In this document: piece by piece, positions 17,592 to 26,242 of the stretch | Layout: every line of letters begins with the position of its first letter | Position numbering within the stretch: the stretch's first letter is position 1 | Assembly: GCA_004376205.1 (NCBI GenBank) | Contig: SOKG01000105.1 | Location: 1-36,331, forward strand | DNA from: Dehalococcoidia bacterium | GTDB lineage: Bacteria; Chloroflexota; Dehalococcoidia; SZUA-161 | Reading direction: 5' to 3' | DNA length: 36,331 nucleotides | Notes under the pieces: generated by a model | Told to the model about the DNA's origin: nothing | The model's database searches: none | The model's input: only the letters and a program-made list of their open reading frames with translations | Position numbers and translations under genes: made by a program

Positions 17592-18416
17592 TTAGCGCCA
17601 TAGTATCGCAGGCTCGTTGCGGAGAGGTATGCGACGAAACCTGTGCCTGGGATACCCGATCATCATAGCCCCCAGGCACGTGTGACCCTCAGGGAGCTGC
17701 AGTGCCTCCATCATGCGGGGATAAGACATGGTACCCAAATGGAACCACCCGGCCCAGCATGCGCCCAGACCCTGAGAGTAGGCCGCCAGCTCCAGGGTGG
17801 TCAGGGCGATAGCGCTGGACTGCGGAGCCATAACATCATCCCGAGGCGCATGGGCTACGATGGCATGAGGTGCACCGCGCATTATCCTGTCTATCCCGCT
17901 GTCCCAGTCGTCCACGATGAGATCGAAGCGGAGGTAATCAGCCATTCCCGGCATTTCCTTGATTGCCAGGCGCAGCCAGTCCGCCACCAGCCCGGCGAGG
18001 CGCTTGACCTCCTTCGTGTCCTCAATAACAAGCCACTGCACCGGCTGCGCGTTGTGCCCGGACGGCGCGTGGCGGGCGATATCGATTAGCTTGGCCAGCA
18101 TCTCCCGCGGCACTGGTTTTTTCTTATAGACGCGAATGGAGCGCCGCGACCGCAGTAGATGCTCCACCTGATCCGGAGAAGGAAGCAGCTTCTTCCTCAC
18201 CGGGGCACAGTCCTCGGGCTTCATTGTCTCCAGCGCAATGGCGTCACGCGGGCACACGGCAACACAATGGCCGCAGATGATACATACCTCCTCGCGGCCC
18301 TCAACATAAGAAGGCAGTGCCTCGGGCTCCACAAGTTCAATGATGCCCGGAGGACACTCCAGCACACACATACCACAAGAATTGCATTTGTCACGGTCAA
18401 CTGCTAATAGGCTCAT
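17592..18416 (-). CDS. nitroreductase family protein with N-terminal 2x[4Fe-4S] ferredoxin domain
   Basis: CNSCGMCVLECP and CIICGHCVAVCP are followed by nitroreductase-fold motifs (RRSIRVYKKKPV, HAPSGHNAQPVQW). Confidence 0.85.
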   Translation of the reverse strand: MSLLAVDRDKCNSCGMCVLECPPGIIELVEPEALPSYVEGREEVCIICGHCVAVCPRDAIALETMKPEDCAPVRKKLLPSPDQVEHLLRSRRSIRVYKKKPVPREMLAKLIDIARHAPSGHNAQPVQWLVIEDTKEVKRLAGLVADWLRLAIKEMPGMADYLRFDLIVDDWDSGIDRIMRGAPHAIVAHAPRDDVMAPQSSAIALTTLELAAYSQGLGACWAGWFHLGTMSYPRMMEALQLPEGHTCLGAMMIGYPRHRFRRIPLRNEPAILWR

Positions 18417-18569
18417 TGTCCCTCCCCCAACGCTGTCATTACTCGGTGGTGGATACTCTAAGTGGCTGATCTGCGTCTGTCAAGTTCCCTCAGCGTCTTG
18501 GCTCACACTTCATCGGTGTCGAATTCGAGGTAGCCCATCGCCTCGATGCGCTGTGTGATGATTTCGCCA

Positions 18570-18881
18570 TCACGCTGACGCTATTCTTGCCTCAATTGCT
18601 GTCACCCTTGCGCTGAGGTCGTCTATCTCGGCAAGATAGTCTCTTGCTGGTGGACGTGGCTTAGGCAATAAAGCTGCTTCCTCGGCTGTCGCATCTCTCC
18701 ACTCAATTGCGTAGTCTGCTAGACTAGCGTGTTCACTATCATCCGTATCCATGATAAGCTCTGCCTTGTCAATCTCTACGCCATAGGCAAGAGCAGCATC
18801 ATGTATGAGGTCAATTCCTCTAACAGAGTCAGTATCTTCTACTCTGTCCACTGGTAGCAAATATCTTCTCACAACCATCAT
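18570..18881 (-). CDS. phage hypothetical protein downstream of fibre gene (possible fibre accessory protein)
   Basis: The start is placed at ATG 18879-18881, which forms an ATGA overlap with the fibre stop. The track's longer start 18959 would lie inside the fibre gene. 103 aa, acidic, with C-terminal DYLAEIDDLSARVTAIEARI that looks like a coiled coil. Function is inferred from position only. Confidence 0.5.
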   Translation of the reverse strand: MMVVRRYLLPVDRVEDTDSVRGIDLIHDAALAYGVEIDKAELIMDTDDSEHASLADYAIEWRDATAEEAALLPKPRPPARDYLAEIDDLSARVTAIEARIASA

Positions 18882-20440
18882 CCTATCCTCTGCATCCCAA
18901 ATTCCGGTGTTGTCTGTGCAACAGCTACTATATTCAAGGCTCCACCCGAATCCTGCCACACCCTACATTTCACATAATCATTGACTGCCATATCGTAGAC
19001 ACAACTAATTGCGAAAGCTCCCCCGTATCCACCACTACTAAGGCCCGCCGCCCTATTAAATCCCATCCAAGTAGTACCATTCATAAATATGCCACCCTCT
19101 CTTATACCAGTCGCATTTGCCGCCCACTCCACAATCAGCCATATAAGGTATTTTCCTGCTGTCTTACAGGTTAATCTATCATTATTGCTACTTGGGTCAT
19201 GGATTGCGTCTGTATCATATCTCTCAGAGTTAAACGCAAGCGGGGTTGACGCGCCGCCGCTAGGAATAGACTGGTTAGCATTGTGGTAAACACGAGCACC
19301 CTCGGTATACAGACCTATATCGCCCCACGCTATGTCTGTGCCATCTGATTTCAGAACTTTGCCAGCAGCCCCCACTACCAATTCGTCCCACTTGGGGGTG
19401 GCGTTGCCATAGATGATAGAACCCCTCGTAACTGCGTCGGCTACGGAGTCATTATGGGTCGAGCCATCAAGGACAGCGTGAGCTGCTCCACCACCTCCAC
19501 CCGCAGCTATGTCAAACCACTTCGAGTTCGTGGAGTCCCAGACTAACATTATGCCATCCTCAAGGTCATCCAGGTTTATATCAGCCTTGCCCTGTAGCCA
19601 GATATTTCCAGTATTATGCTTGACCACCACAGTTCGAGCGTCATTCTCAGCCCGAAGGATTATCAAGTTTACCGTCGTGCCGCCGTTGATGGTGTCCAGA
19701 TCATCAGTTGCTGCGTCTCCCTCCGTATCAACGGTGTGGAACATCTGTGTGACCGTAACTGCTCCAGAGGCAATGGTAAGCTCGGTGGCAGCCTTCATCA
19801 GGAAGCCAAGCATATTGGTAAATTTGTTGCTCTGGCAGTCGAGATCGCCGCCGAGCTGGGGGGTGACATCCTCAACCACGTTCTCCAATTTCTGCCCCAG
19901 CTCCTGGTCGATGCCGTAGAGGTGGGCAGTGAGGTTGTCCACGTTGTCTGCCTCGGAGGGTGTTGTGGTGGGCGTGTAGTTGGTGGGGTTCCAGTCGATA
20001 TCCAGCTTGTCACCATCTACTTCGTCTGAGGCTCCTGTAACATGGTCTGTCGCATGGCTAGACAAGGCGTACAGCACCTCTCCAGAAGCAGAAAACACTT
20101 GAAGGCCGTTACCCGATAGCAGCAGCGAGCCACCATTGGCCTCAAGAGTCAAGTTTTCGGGGATGATTCGCCTTGAGTTAGTGCCGTCCCTTTGCACATA
20201 GAGGTTGACGGTGCGAGCAGACGAATCGGTGTTGACAAGCGTTATTGATTTGACAATGGCAGTGGTGGATGCAGGAGTTGTGTAAAGGGTTGCCTTGCTA
20301 CCCGCTAGCTGTCCATCGGCAAGGGCCTTCACATCCACGTTTCTGGACGAGTCTACCTGCGCCCCGTTGATGGTATAGTCCACCACGTTAGCAGCAGAGG
20401 CATCGCCCTCAATTAGGTCAGCGGCTTCAAGTGTTATCAT
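18878..20440 (-). CDS. tail fibre / receptor-binding protein with C1q/TNF-like C-terminal domain
   Basis: 520 aa, Thr/Ser/Gly/Asp-rich, with HATDHVTGASDEVDG-type His motifs and a poly-Gly hinge (AAGGGGGAAH). The C-terminus reads PLAFNSERYD...RLTCKTAGKYLIWLIVEW...NG...ISCVYDMAVNDYVKCRVWQ...FGMQRI, which follows the C1q jelly-roll pattern. Confidence 0.65.
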   Translation of the reverse strand: MITLEAADLIEGDASAANVVDYTINGAQVDSSRNVDVKALADGQLAGSKATLYTTPASTTAIVKSITLVNTDSSARTVNLYVQRDGTNSRRIIPENLTLEANGGSLLLSGNGLQVFSASGEVLYALSSHATDHVTGASDEVDGDKLDIDWNPTNYTPTTTPSEADNVDNLTAHLYGIDQELGQKLENVVEDVTPQLGGDLDCQSNKFTNMLGFLMKAATELTIASGAVTVTQMFHTVDTEGDAATDDLDTINGGTTVNLIILRAENDARTVVVKHNTGNIWLQGKADINLDDLEDGIMLVWDSTNSKWFDIAAGGGGGAAHAVLDGSTHNDSVADAVTRGSIIYGNATPKWDELVVGAAGKVLKSDGTDIAWGDIGLYTEGARVYHNANQSIPSGGASTPLAFNSERYDTDAIHDPSSNNDRLTCKTAGKYLIWLIVEWAANATGIREGGIFMNGTTWMGFNRAAGLSSGGYGGAFAISCVYDMAVNDYVKCRVWQDSGGALNIVAVAQTTPEFGMQRIG

Positions 20441-21538
20441 CTAAACCCCCATAAAAGCTAGTATTCTGGCATTGTTGTCCGCACCAGCGGATGATGTCGC
20501 CCACTTTATGCCGGTGGCCTGAGTCGGGTCCGCCGTAAGCACCTGTCCATCAGTGCCAACGGCCAGCCTTGTGGGCGTATTGTCGGCGGTGGCGGCGATT
20601 ATGTCGCCCTTGGCATCCAGCAGGCTCTCAAGCACGTAGCCGCTGTGGGGGTCAGCGGCGGCATAATGGTCTTCAAGCGCGTCCCTGACAGCGTCCTTCG
20701 AGGGGGCAACATCGGTAACGCCATTCCAGCCCGCGGGATCATAGGGTGTATTGTCAACAGAGGCAGCCTTGGCCTCGGCATCGGTGTATTTGGCATGGTG
20801 GTCTGAGGCTCCGACCCCGGTTAGGCTACTGTGCGCCTTCTCTGATAGCTGAGCCAGCCTGGTAGCAGTTTCCCCTCTTGCGCTCTCTTCCCAGGCAGAG
20901 CCTGTATCTCGATACAGAATCCTGCTATCCGTCGCCCAGTAGAATCGGCCTGCTGTCCCCGCAGCAGGTTTGCTTGCGTCTAAGCCTGTCCTAAGAAGCC
21001 CATAGACCTCATCATTGCCAGTCTTGGCATGATGGTCACTTCCCCCGATACCGTCTAGGTCGGCGTGGTCAGCTACTGCTACTTTTACCCAACTTGTCCC
21101 GTTATCCCGATAGAGAATATGCTCATCCGTAGTCCAGAAAAACCTTCCATCAATGCCAGCAGCAGGACGATTCGCCAGTGCGCCAGCAAGGAGTGGATAT
21201 GCTCTAGGGTCAAGTGCTGAATCTATCTCATCACTAGCCCCATCAGTGTGAGTGTTTTCATGCGCCCCCGGAGCTGGCGGCTCTTGAGGCACGCCCCATA
21301 GCCCCACCAAGATGCAGTCATCCGGATTGCTTGGATCAAGCGATAGAAGCACTACTGAGCGACCAGCAACCATATCGGCTCTATTAAGTGCAGCAGATAC
21401 CGTTACGTTATCAAGCCACACGCTCAGACTACCAATGACCTGAACACTTGCCTTGTACGTATCGCTGTCGAAGGCTTTGAGTATGCCCTTTCGAATCATC
21501 ACACCCTTCCTTCCCATACCCTTCCTAGGAAGGGTCAC
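20441..21538 (-). CDS. tail fibre-like structural protein with internal repeats
   Basis: 365 aa. Repeats: RPAAGIDGRFFWTTDEHILYRDNGTSWVKV / KPAAGTAGRFYWATDSRILYRDTGSAWEE, and GGSDHHAKTG / GASDHHAKYT. The stop abuts the next ATG (TAGATG). The start is uncertain (GTG 21538 with a GTGA overlap, or ATG 21499 after GGAAGGAAGGG). Confidence 0.6.
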   Translation of the reverse strand: MTLPRKGMGRKGVMIRKGILKAFDSDTYKASVQVIGSLSVWLDNVTVSAALNRADMVAGRSVVLLSLDPSNPDDCILVGLWGVPQEPPAPGAHENTHTDGASDEIDSALDPRAYPLLAGALANRPAAGIDGRFFWTTDEHILYRDNGTSWVKVAVADHADLDGIGGSDHHAKTGNDEVYGLLRTGLDASKPAAGTAGRFYWATDSRILYRDTGSAWEESARGETATRLAQLSEKAHSSLTGVGASDHHAKYTDAEAKAASVDNTPYDPAGWNGVTDVAPSKDAVRDALEDHYAAADPHSGYVLESLLDAKGDIIAATADNTPTRLAVGTDGQVLTADPTQATGIKWATSSAGADNNARILAFMGV

Positions 21539-23919
21539 ACCGTCCCCAGAATGGCAGTTAAGGAGTAGATGCCTTTAGCTGGCACATAATGGTGGTTAAG
21601 ACCTAAAATCCTTCGCTTTGCCGAGCTCAGCCCCGCACGTGAATCTGTGATTTCAACCACGTCATACAGTTCTTGCCCGCAGTTCAGTGGGACTATGATA
21701 TGCCCTGAAATGGCTCTGATAGCCGCCTCCCTGAGCATGGCATCGCCTCTTTGATGAGCCTTAGTTGTCGTATCAAGGTTTGTGTCGTACGCTTGAGCAA
21801 GTTTATCCCAGACCAGCTCAACCTCATCCCAGTCCCAATCCTCGGTGAATACGCTATCTCCAAAGGCCTGCGCCCGATTAACCTGCTTCACATACTGCCT
21901 GTAGATCCCTTCGTGGATTGCGTGGTCTGTGCCATACGTGTAATCCGTGCTATCTGAGGTTTGCGGATGTTTAAGATACCCGTAATGCCCCCTGAAGAAT
22001 AAGACATCCTCAACCATTGCCAGAAGCCTAAGCACTGTCGTCTTGCCGCTCTCTCTGGGATAGATTGTGAATGTTGGATACTGGGCTGTAATCGCCGAAC
22101 TGCTGCTGAAGGATGAGAACTCAAGTCCCGCCCGGGCAAAGATGAAGTTTAGCAGTTGGAATATGTTCTTGTCCCCAGATGCCCATAAGAATTGTCGCCT
22201 AGCCTTCCACTCTTCAAGTAATCCCCAACCATCCACAGCATGAAGAATGAACTCGGCTCTTCCTCCAGAGGAAGAGTATTCCCATCCCGTTATCCAGTGA
22301 GCAAGCCCCGTTGAGTGCTCAGGCGATGATCCCGCCGTCGTGTGATACCCTGGTGAAAATTTGATCTCTGAGCCGAGCCTTATTGCTTCGTAGGTATCAC
22401 CTGACTGGCCAATATCGGCAAATCGGCCATCATCGTTTCTGAGGACGATGGTAATACGTCCTGACGTTTCATTGGTCAGGGCTTCTATTTGTAGGACGCT
22501 ATCGGTGATCTCAACACTCCCCGCTGATACCGAAGCTCGCCACACCCCATCAGGCCGTGTCAGCCAAATGCTGGGGCTCTTGTGGCACATGGCCAGGCCG
22601 TAGTCGCTGGATAGGTTGAAGGGGACGGGCTCGCGCCACAGGTTGTCGATGAAGTCGGCGGTTGCCAGGCTGTGTGTCCAGTAAGGGCGGTTGTAGGGCT
22701 CGTTGCCCGAGTAGGCCTCGACGAAGAAGGCCCTGAAGACATCGGGCATATCGAGGGCGGGAAACTTGAAGGCGATATCGCTGTCTGTCTCTGCGATCGT
22801 GAGTTCTTTTAATGATGACCAGTTCCCCACGGCTGCGGAGTAGCCATCCCCCAGGACACAGGTACAGACGATGGGCCTCATGGTAGTGGCTTGTGTGCCT
22901 GTGACCACGATGTTCCAGTCGCCCATGTAGGTAACTGCGACGCCGCTGATCGAGTTCATCGAGTTTGTCCAGGCAGCCGCAACTTCCCAGGTATTGTCCT
23001 GCTCAAAATCAAAATCGTGAATCCTTACATGCCGCAACGTGTCAACTGGCTTTAGTCGAACCCTGGCCCTGGTTACCATTTGGCTCGGTGTTACAGCGTG
23101 TTCTGTATACGCACTCGTTGCGGCGTCGCCCTCGTAGACATCATGCCAAGCATCACCATAATAAGCATCTATATCGATCTGCGCCCCAGCTCCAATGTTA
23201 GAGGCATAATAGCGAACCTTGGAGCAAAGCAATGCAGCATGGGTAAACTCAATGAAAGAAGACCACGTATCCTTTCTTACATTTGCATCGTAGCCAAATG
23301 TACCTGTGTCATCATCGTAGGTTTGCACCTCGTTATACCATTCGCCACCTGGATCACTGTGCCCCGTTGGGCTTACCCACGTAGCAGCAGCGGTAGCATC
23401 GTAGCGGCGGCGATTGATATTTGTGCCATCCCAATACAGGACTATCGCTTCATTGGCATTCTTGAAACAGGCAGCCAGGCGGAAGTCTGCTGTTCCGTCG
23501 ATCCCGCCCATATTCAGCCAGCTACCAAAACTTGCCCCGTTGTCAGTACTCACAGATAGGTACAAAATCCCATCCGTGCCGATTCTCCATGCATGAACAT
23601 TTGCTGCATAGGAGCATAGCGCCACTGCATATGCCGTTACCCCCCAGTCCGTCCACTGGGAGTAATCAGAGCTCTCGTCAGGACTCGTAACCCGCTGGCG
23701 ATAGAGTTCGTTTGTACTAGGGTCAACACGGAGTCTTATCAGCGAGCCGTCGCCGGGCATGCAGCAAGCGTGGAATGAATCACTCTCGCTGCCTTCGTAG
23801 AGCCGAGTCCATGATAGGCGCGTGATCCCGCCTATCTTCTCAAACACCTCGACCTTAGGGTGAGGGCGGGCTGAGCTGGACTTCTGCGCTGCAGTTAGGG
23901 TGGATGATAGTGTCCTCAT
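21535..23919 (-). CDS. large tail hub/nozzle-like virion protein (BNR-type N-terminal region, gpD/gp27-like C-terminal region)
   Basis: 794 aa. It has an Asp-box-like SVSTDNGASFGSW. An inserted segment ending in VTRARVRLKPVDTLRHVRIHDFDF resembles a jelly-roll carbohydrate-binding module. The C-terminal half reads GRITIVLRNDDGRF...IRLGSEIKFSPGY...AEFILHAVDGWGLL...IFQLLNFIFARAGLEF, which follows the pattern of late-control-D / baseplate-hub proteins. Motif-level recognition only. Confidence 0.55.
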   Translation of the reverse strand: MRTLSSTLTAAQKSSSARPHPKVEVFEKIGGITRLSWTRLYEGSESDSFHACCMPGDGSLIRLRVDPSTNELYRQRVTSPDESSDYSQWTDWGVTAYAVALCSYAANVHAWRIGTDGILYLSVSTDNGASFGSWLNMGGIDGTADFRLAACFKNANEAIVLYWDGTNINRRRYDATAAATWVSPTGHSDPGGEWYNEVQTYDDDTGTFGYDANVRKDTWSSFIEFTHAALLCSKVRYYASNIGAGAQIDIDAYYGDAWHDVYEGDAATSAYTEHAVTPSQMVTRARVRLKPVDTLRHVRIHDFDFEQDNTWEVAAAWTNSMNSISGVAVTYMGDWNIVVTGTQATTMRPIVCTCVLGDGYSAAVGNWSSLKELTIAETDSDIAFKFPALDMPDVFRAFFVEAYSGNEPYNRPYWTHSLATADFIDNLWREPVPFNLSSDYGLAMCHKSPSIWLTRPDGVWRASVSAGSVEITDSVLQIEALTNETSGRITIVLRNDDGRFADIGQSGDTYEAIRLGSEIKFSPGYHTTAGSSPEHSTGLAHWITGWEYSSSGGRAEFILHAVDGWGLLEEWKARRQFLWASGDKNIFQLLNFIFARAGLEFSSFSSSSAITAQYPTFTIYPRESGKTTVLRLLAMVEDVLFFRGHYGYLKHPQTSDSTDYTYGTDHAIHEGIYRQYVKQVNRAQAFGDSVFTEDWDWDEVELVWDKLAQAYDTNLDTTTKAHQRGDAMLREAAIRAISGHIIVPLNCGQELYDVVEITDSRAGLSSAKRRILGLNHHYVPAKGIYSLTAILGTV

Positions 23920-23959
23920 TTAGAGTTCTGGGGCACCCGTGCCGTGCCCCTACCTCCTT
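23920..23959 (-). promoter_or_regulatory. Shine-Dalgarno separated from the start codon by a hairpin
   Basis: On the minus strand, AAGGAGG (23959-23953) is followed by TA, the hairpin GGGGCAC-GGCACGG-GTGCCCC (23950-23930), then AGAACTCTAA, then ATG (23919). There is no other SD near the ATG. Confidence 0.3.
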
Positions 23960-24107
23960 ACCAGAAGACGTGGCCTAGAATAATGCCGATCGCCTGGGCT
24001 ATGAGCAGCCATAGAAGGGGATGCCTGCGCTGGCTGGCTCGGATTATGTACGTCCAGGGACGGCCTCCTATTCTCGACCACAGGGCTCGGTATAGTCGTT
24101 CGATCAT
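23958..24107 (-). CDS. small hypothetical membrane protein (49 aa)
   Basis: Below the track cutoff. My translation is MIERLYRALWSRIGGRPWTYIIRASQRRHPLLWLLIAQAIGIILGHVFW, with one C-terminal hydrophobic helix. No convincing SD. Confidence 0.25.
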   Translation of the reverse strand: MIERLYRALWSRIGGRPWTYIIRASQRRHPLLWLLIAQAIGIILGHVFW

Positions 24108-24154
24108 TAGACTGGGATGGCGAGCTGGTTGGGCAGAGGCTTTCCCGCCTTTCG

Positions 24155-24280
24155 CTAGATGGCGGCAAGCATCTCGGCTTTCTTCAGCTTTTCCTCCGGT
24201 GATATCGGCTGGTGCGGTAGCTCCTCGACCTGGCGCTCGATTGCCGCCCAGCGCTCTGCTCGGGTTCTGGTTCTTGCCAT
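24155..24280 (-). CDS. small hypothetical protein (41 aa)
   Basis: Below the track cutoff. My translation is MARTRTRAERWAAIERQVEELPHQPISPEEKLKKAEMLAAI. AAGGGAG lies 9 nt upstream of the ATG. Confidence 0.3.
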   Translation of the reverse strand: MARTRTRAERWAAIERQVEELPHQPISPEEKLKKAEMLAAI

Positions 24281-24372
24281 GTAGTTTGCTCCCTTCAGTC
24301 TTTCTTCCACCCTCACCCTTTAAGGGAGAGGGGACTACGGTGGTTCTTCTATGGCGGGGCGTTGCCTCGCCC

Positions 24373-25005
24373 CTACGGGCCGGTAACGATTGATTTGGAG
24401 ACCGGCGTTGTGGCAGGAGTATAGAGTTGCCTTACTCTGACCCTATTGGTGCGCCCCAGGCGCCTGAGTTCCTTGCGAAATCGAGTGAGTAGCTCGCTGC
24501 CTTGCTTTTGGTATGTTTCGGCGGTGTCAGCTCCACCAACGTTGACTCGGTTGATGGCGTAGTTGGCCCACTCCAGCAGGGCGTAGGCGGCTGCTCCTAG
24601 CGCAACCAGGTCTTCGTGCTGCGTGGGTATGGTGGAACTGGAGGCGTCCAGGGTGTGGAGCTTGCCGTAGTAGATCCGCGCATCGCTGCCGTCTGGCACA
24701 ATATCTGAGAGGATGGTGAGGGTGTCTTGCCAGAGAGCGAATCGCCGATACGTTGGTGGATAGCTGCCGATGGGATACTCCACGGTCTCGATCATCACTC
24801 TGTTGGAGAGTTGGGCAATGTCGACATCACGGCTGCTGGCGGTGGTAGCGATGTCTGCCGTGTCCTCCATGGGCAGCGCCTGGGAGAATTGGCTGACGGC
24901 GTGGGCGATATGGCGGTCGAGCTCGTCATCAGTCCAGCGATAGTTAGTGGCGTCCTCGTCGTGGAGGTCTCTTCGAATGATTGTCCGCATTTCTGATAGG
25001 TTCAT
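24373..25005 (-). CDS. putative head-tail adaptor / head completion protein
   Basis: 210-aa ORF immediately after the capsid gene, with GGAAAGGAG 5 nt upstream. Function is inferred from position and size only. Confidence 0.45.
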   Translation of the reverse strand: MNLSEMRTIIRRDLHDEDATNYRWTDDELDRHIAHAVSQFSQALPMEDTADIATTASSRDVDIAQLSNRVMIETVEYPIGSYPPTYRRFALWQDTLTILSDIVPDGSDARIYYGKLHTLDASSSTIPTQHEDLVALGAAAYALLEWANYAINRVNVGGADTAETYQKQGSELLTRFRKELRRLGRTNRVRVRQLYTPATTPVSKSIVTGP

Positions 25006-25139
25006 GATGGCTCCTTTCCGCTGCCACAGAGCGGCAACGCTACAGCCCCGCTGCTCTCATCTTCCTGACGGGGCGGTGGGGGGAGTGGGGGCGGGAGGAA
25101 CCTTGCCCTCACTAGCCCCCCTGCCACATTCTGTATGAA

Positions 25140-25165
25140 CGCTCGTGGCTCAGGGAGCACGAGCG
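25140..25165 (-). terminator. stem-loop 14 nt downstream of the capsid gene (attenuator or stabiliser candidate)
   Basis: CGCTCGTG - 10 nt loop - CACGAGCG. There is no U-tract after it, so this is not a canonical intrinsic terminator. Confidence 0.25.
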
Positions 25166-25178
25166 CTGCTTTAAGGCT

Positions 25179-26060
25179 CTAGTCACGGACGCCGATGAGC
25201 TTGGCGAGCTTCAGGCTGTTGAACAGGGCAAGTGAGCAATACCACTTTACCCGGGTCCTGGTGGCGTCCTTGCTCTCCAGACTGCCGACTCTCTCCACCT
25301 GCAATGCACCGGGGCTGGTCAGTCCGCACATTGCGCCTTCGCCAAACCGCAGCGCGTAGATTGTTGAGCAGTCGGTGGAGCCGCCCACCGTCTGTGCATC
25401 GGAGATCCAGTCGTTTACGCCGATGGGGATGCCGTCGTAGAGGCTGACGAAGTTGCCGAACTGGTCCTGCGTCATCTCTATCGAGCCAAGGTTCCGCTGC
25501 AGGGATGTGAGCTTGCGCCGGCTGCGCTTACTCATCAGGAGCATGTTGGGCTTGCCGCCTTTGATCAGGTCGATGAGCTCATCCAGCTTGGTCAGCGTAA
25601 GCGTCCCGCCGTTAGCACCCATGCTGATTTCTTGGCTCGCGTCGCAGAGTAAGTCAAGGCCGTCGAACTCGTTTGTGCCGCTGGAGTCGCCATTGATGAA
25701 GGTGTCATCGAACTTCTGCTGCACTGCCTTTGCCTTGAGCTGGATCACCGCGGCCTCCAGGTCCTGGATGTTGCTGCGGGTGGCTGCCAGGAAGTTGTCT
25801 ATGTCAGCGTCCCCGCCGAGGATTGTTAGCGTGGCCGTCTTCTGTGTGAAGGTGGGAGTGGACTCTGCCCAGGTATCGCCGACAGCGTAGAAGGCAGCTG
25901 TGGCTGCTTCGTTCTCCTGGTTGTAGGTCAAGCCGTTGCCCACGATCTCGATGAACGGCAGTACCTGGAGTACCGGGCTGTCATAGATTATGGTTTCAAT
26001 GACTCCCTGCAGCAGAATGTCGTTGGATAGTTTGGATGCCTCTGCTAGTGTAAGTGCCAT
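25179..26060 (-). CDS. major capsid protein (HK97-fold type)
   Basis: 293 aa with AAGGAGAAAGGAAG upstream. N-terminal MALTLAEASKLSNDILLQGVIETI...LPF...GN.LTYN and C-terminal ...LESKDATRTRVKWYCSLALFN fit the pattern of phage major capsid families. It is preceded by a scaffold-like gene. Confidence 0.75.
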   Translation of the reverse strand: MALTLAEASKLSNDILLQGVIETIIYDSPVLQVLPFIEIVGNGLTYNQENEAATAAFYAVGDTWAESTPTFTQKTATLTILGGDADIDNFLAATRSNIQDLEAAVIQLKAKAVQQKFDDTFINGDSSGTNEFDGLDLLCDASQEISMGANGGTLTLTKLDELIDLIKGGKPNMLLMSKRSRRKLTSLQRNLGSIEMTQDQFGNFVSLYDGIPIGVNDWISDAQTVGGSTDCSTIYALRFGEGAMCGLTSPGALQVERVGSLESKDATRTRVKWYCSLALFNSLKLAKLIGVRD

Positions 26061-26242
26061 CTTCCTTTCTCCTTAGTTGTATTGATTTGTTGTTGCCACG
26101 ACTCTATGTCATTGTGAGGCACGGAGTGCCGAGGTGACCTGAGGGGTTGCGCTGAGATTGACACGCTGCACCTTCCCCTTCACTTCGTTCAGGGTGGGGA
26201 CTTCGGCTCGCAATAACAGGCATGACATACATGTCAGTCCCT

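Noticed and set aside
18417-18569. Protein-like reading ..RQRDGEIITQRIEAMGYLEFDTDEV-stop just past the last phage ORF, considered as a disrupted host gene or att-site marker
   Set aside because: There are only 23 codons with no start codon and a stop immediately upstream. No matching repeat was found by eye near the right end. This is too little to call.
18570-19300. Diversity-generating retroelement targeting the fibre tip
   Set aside because: No reverse transcriptase ORF is present anywhere in the window. I saw no template/variable repeat pair near the 3' end of the fibre gene.
23944-24393. 149-aa plus-strand ORF in the adaptor/hub gap
   Set aside because: It is a Pro/Arg/Trp/Leu-rich low-complexity product on the opposite strand to the whole operon, with no SD. 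The small minus-strand ORFs fit the context better.
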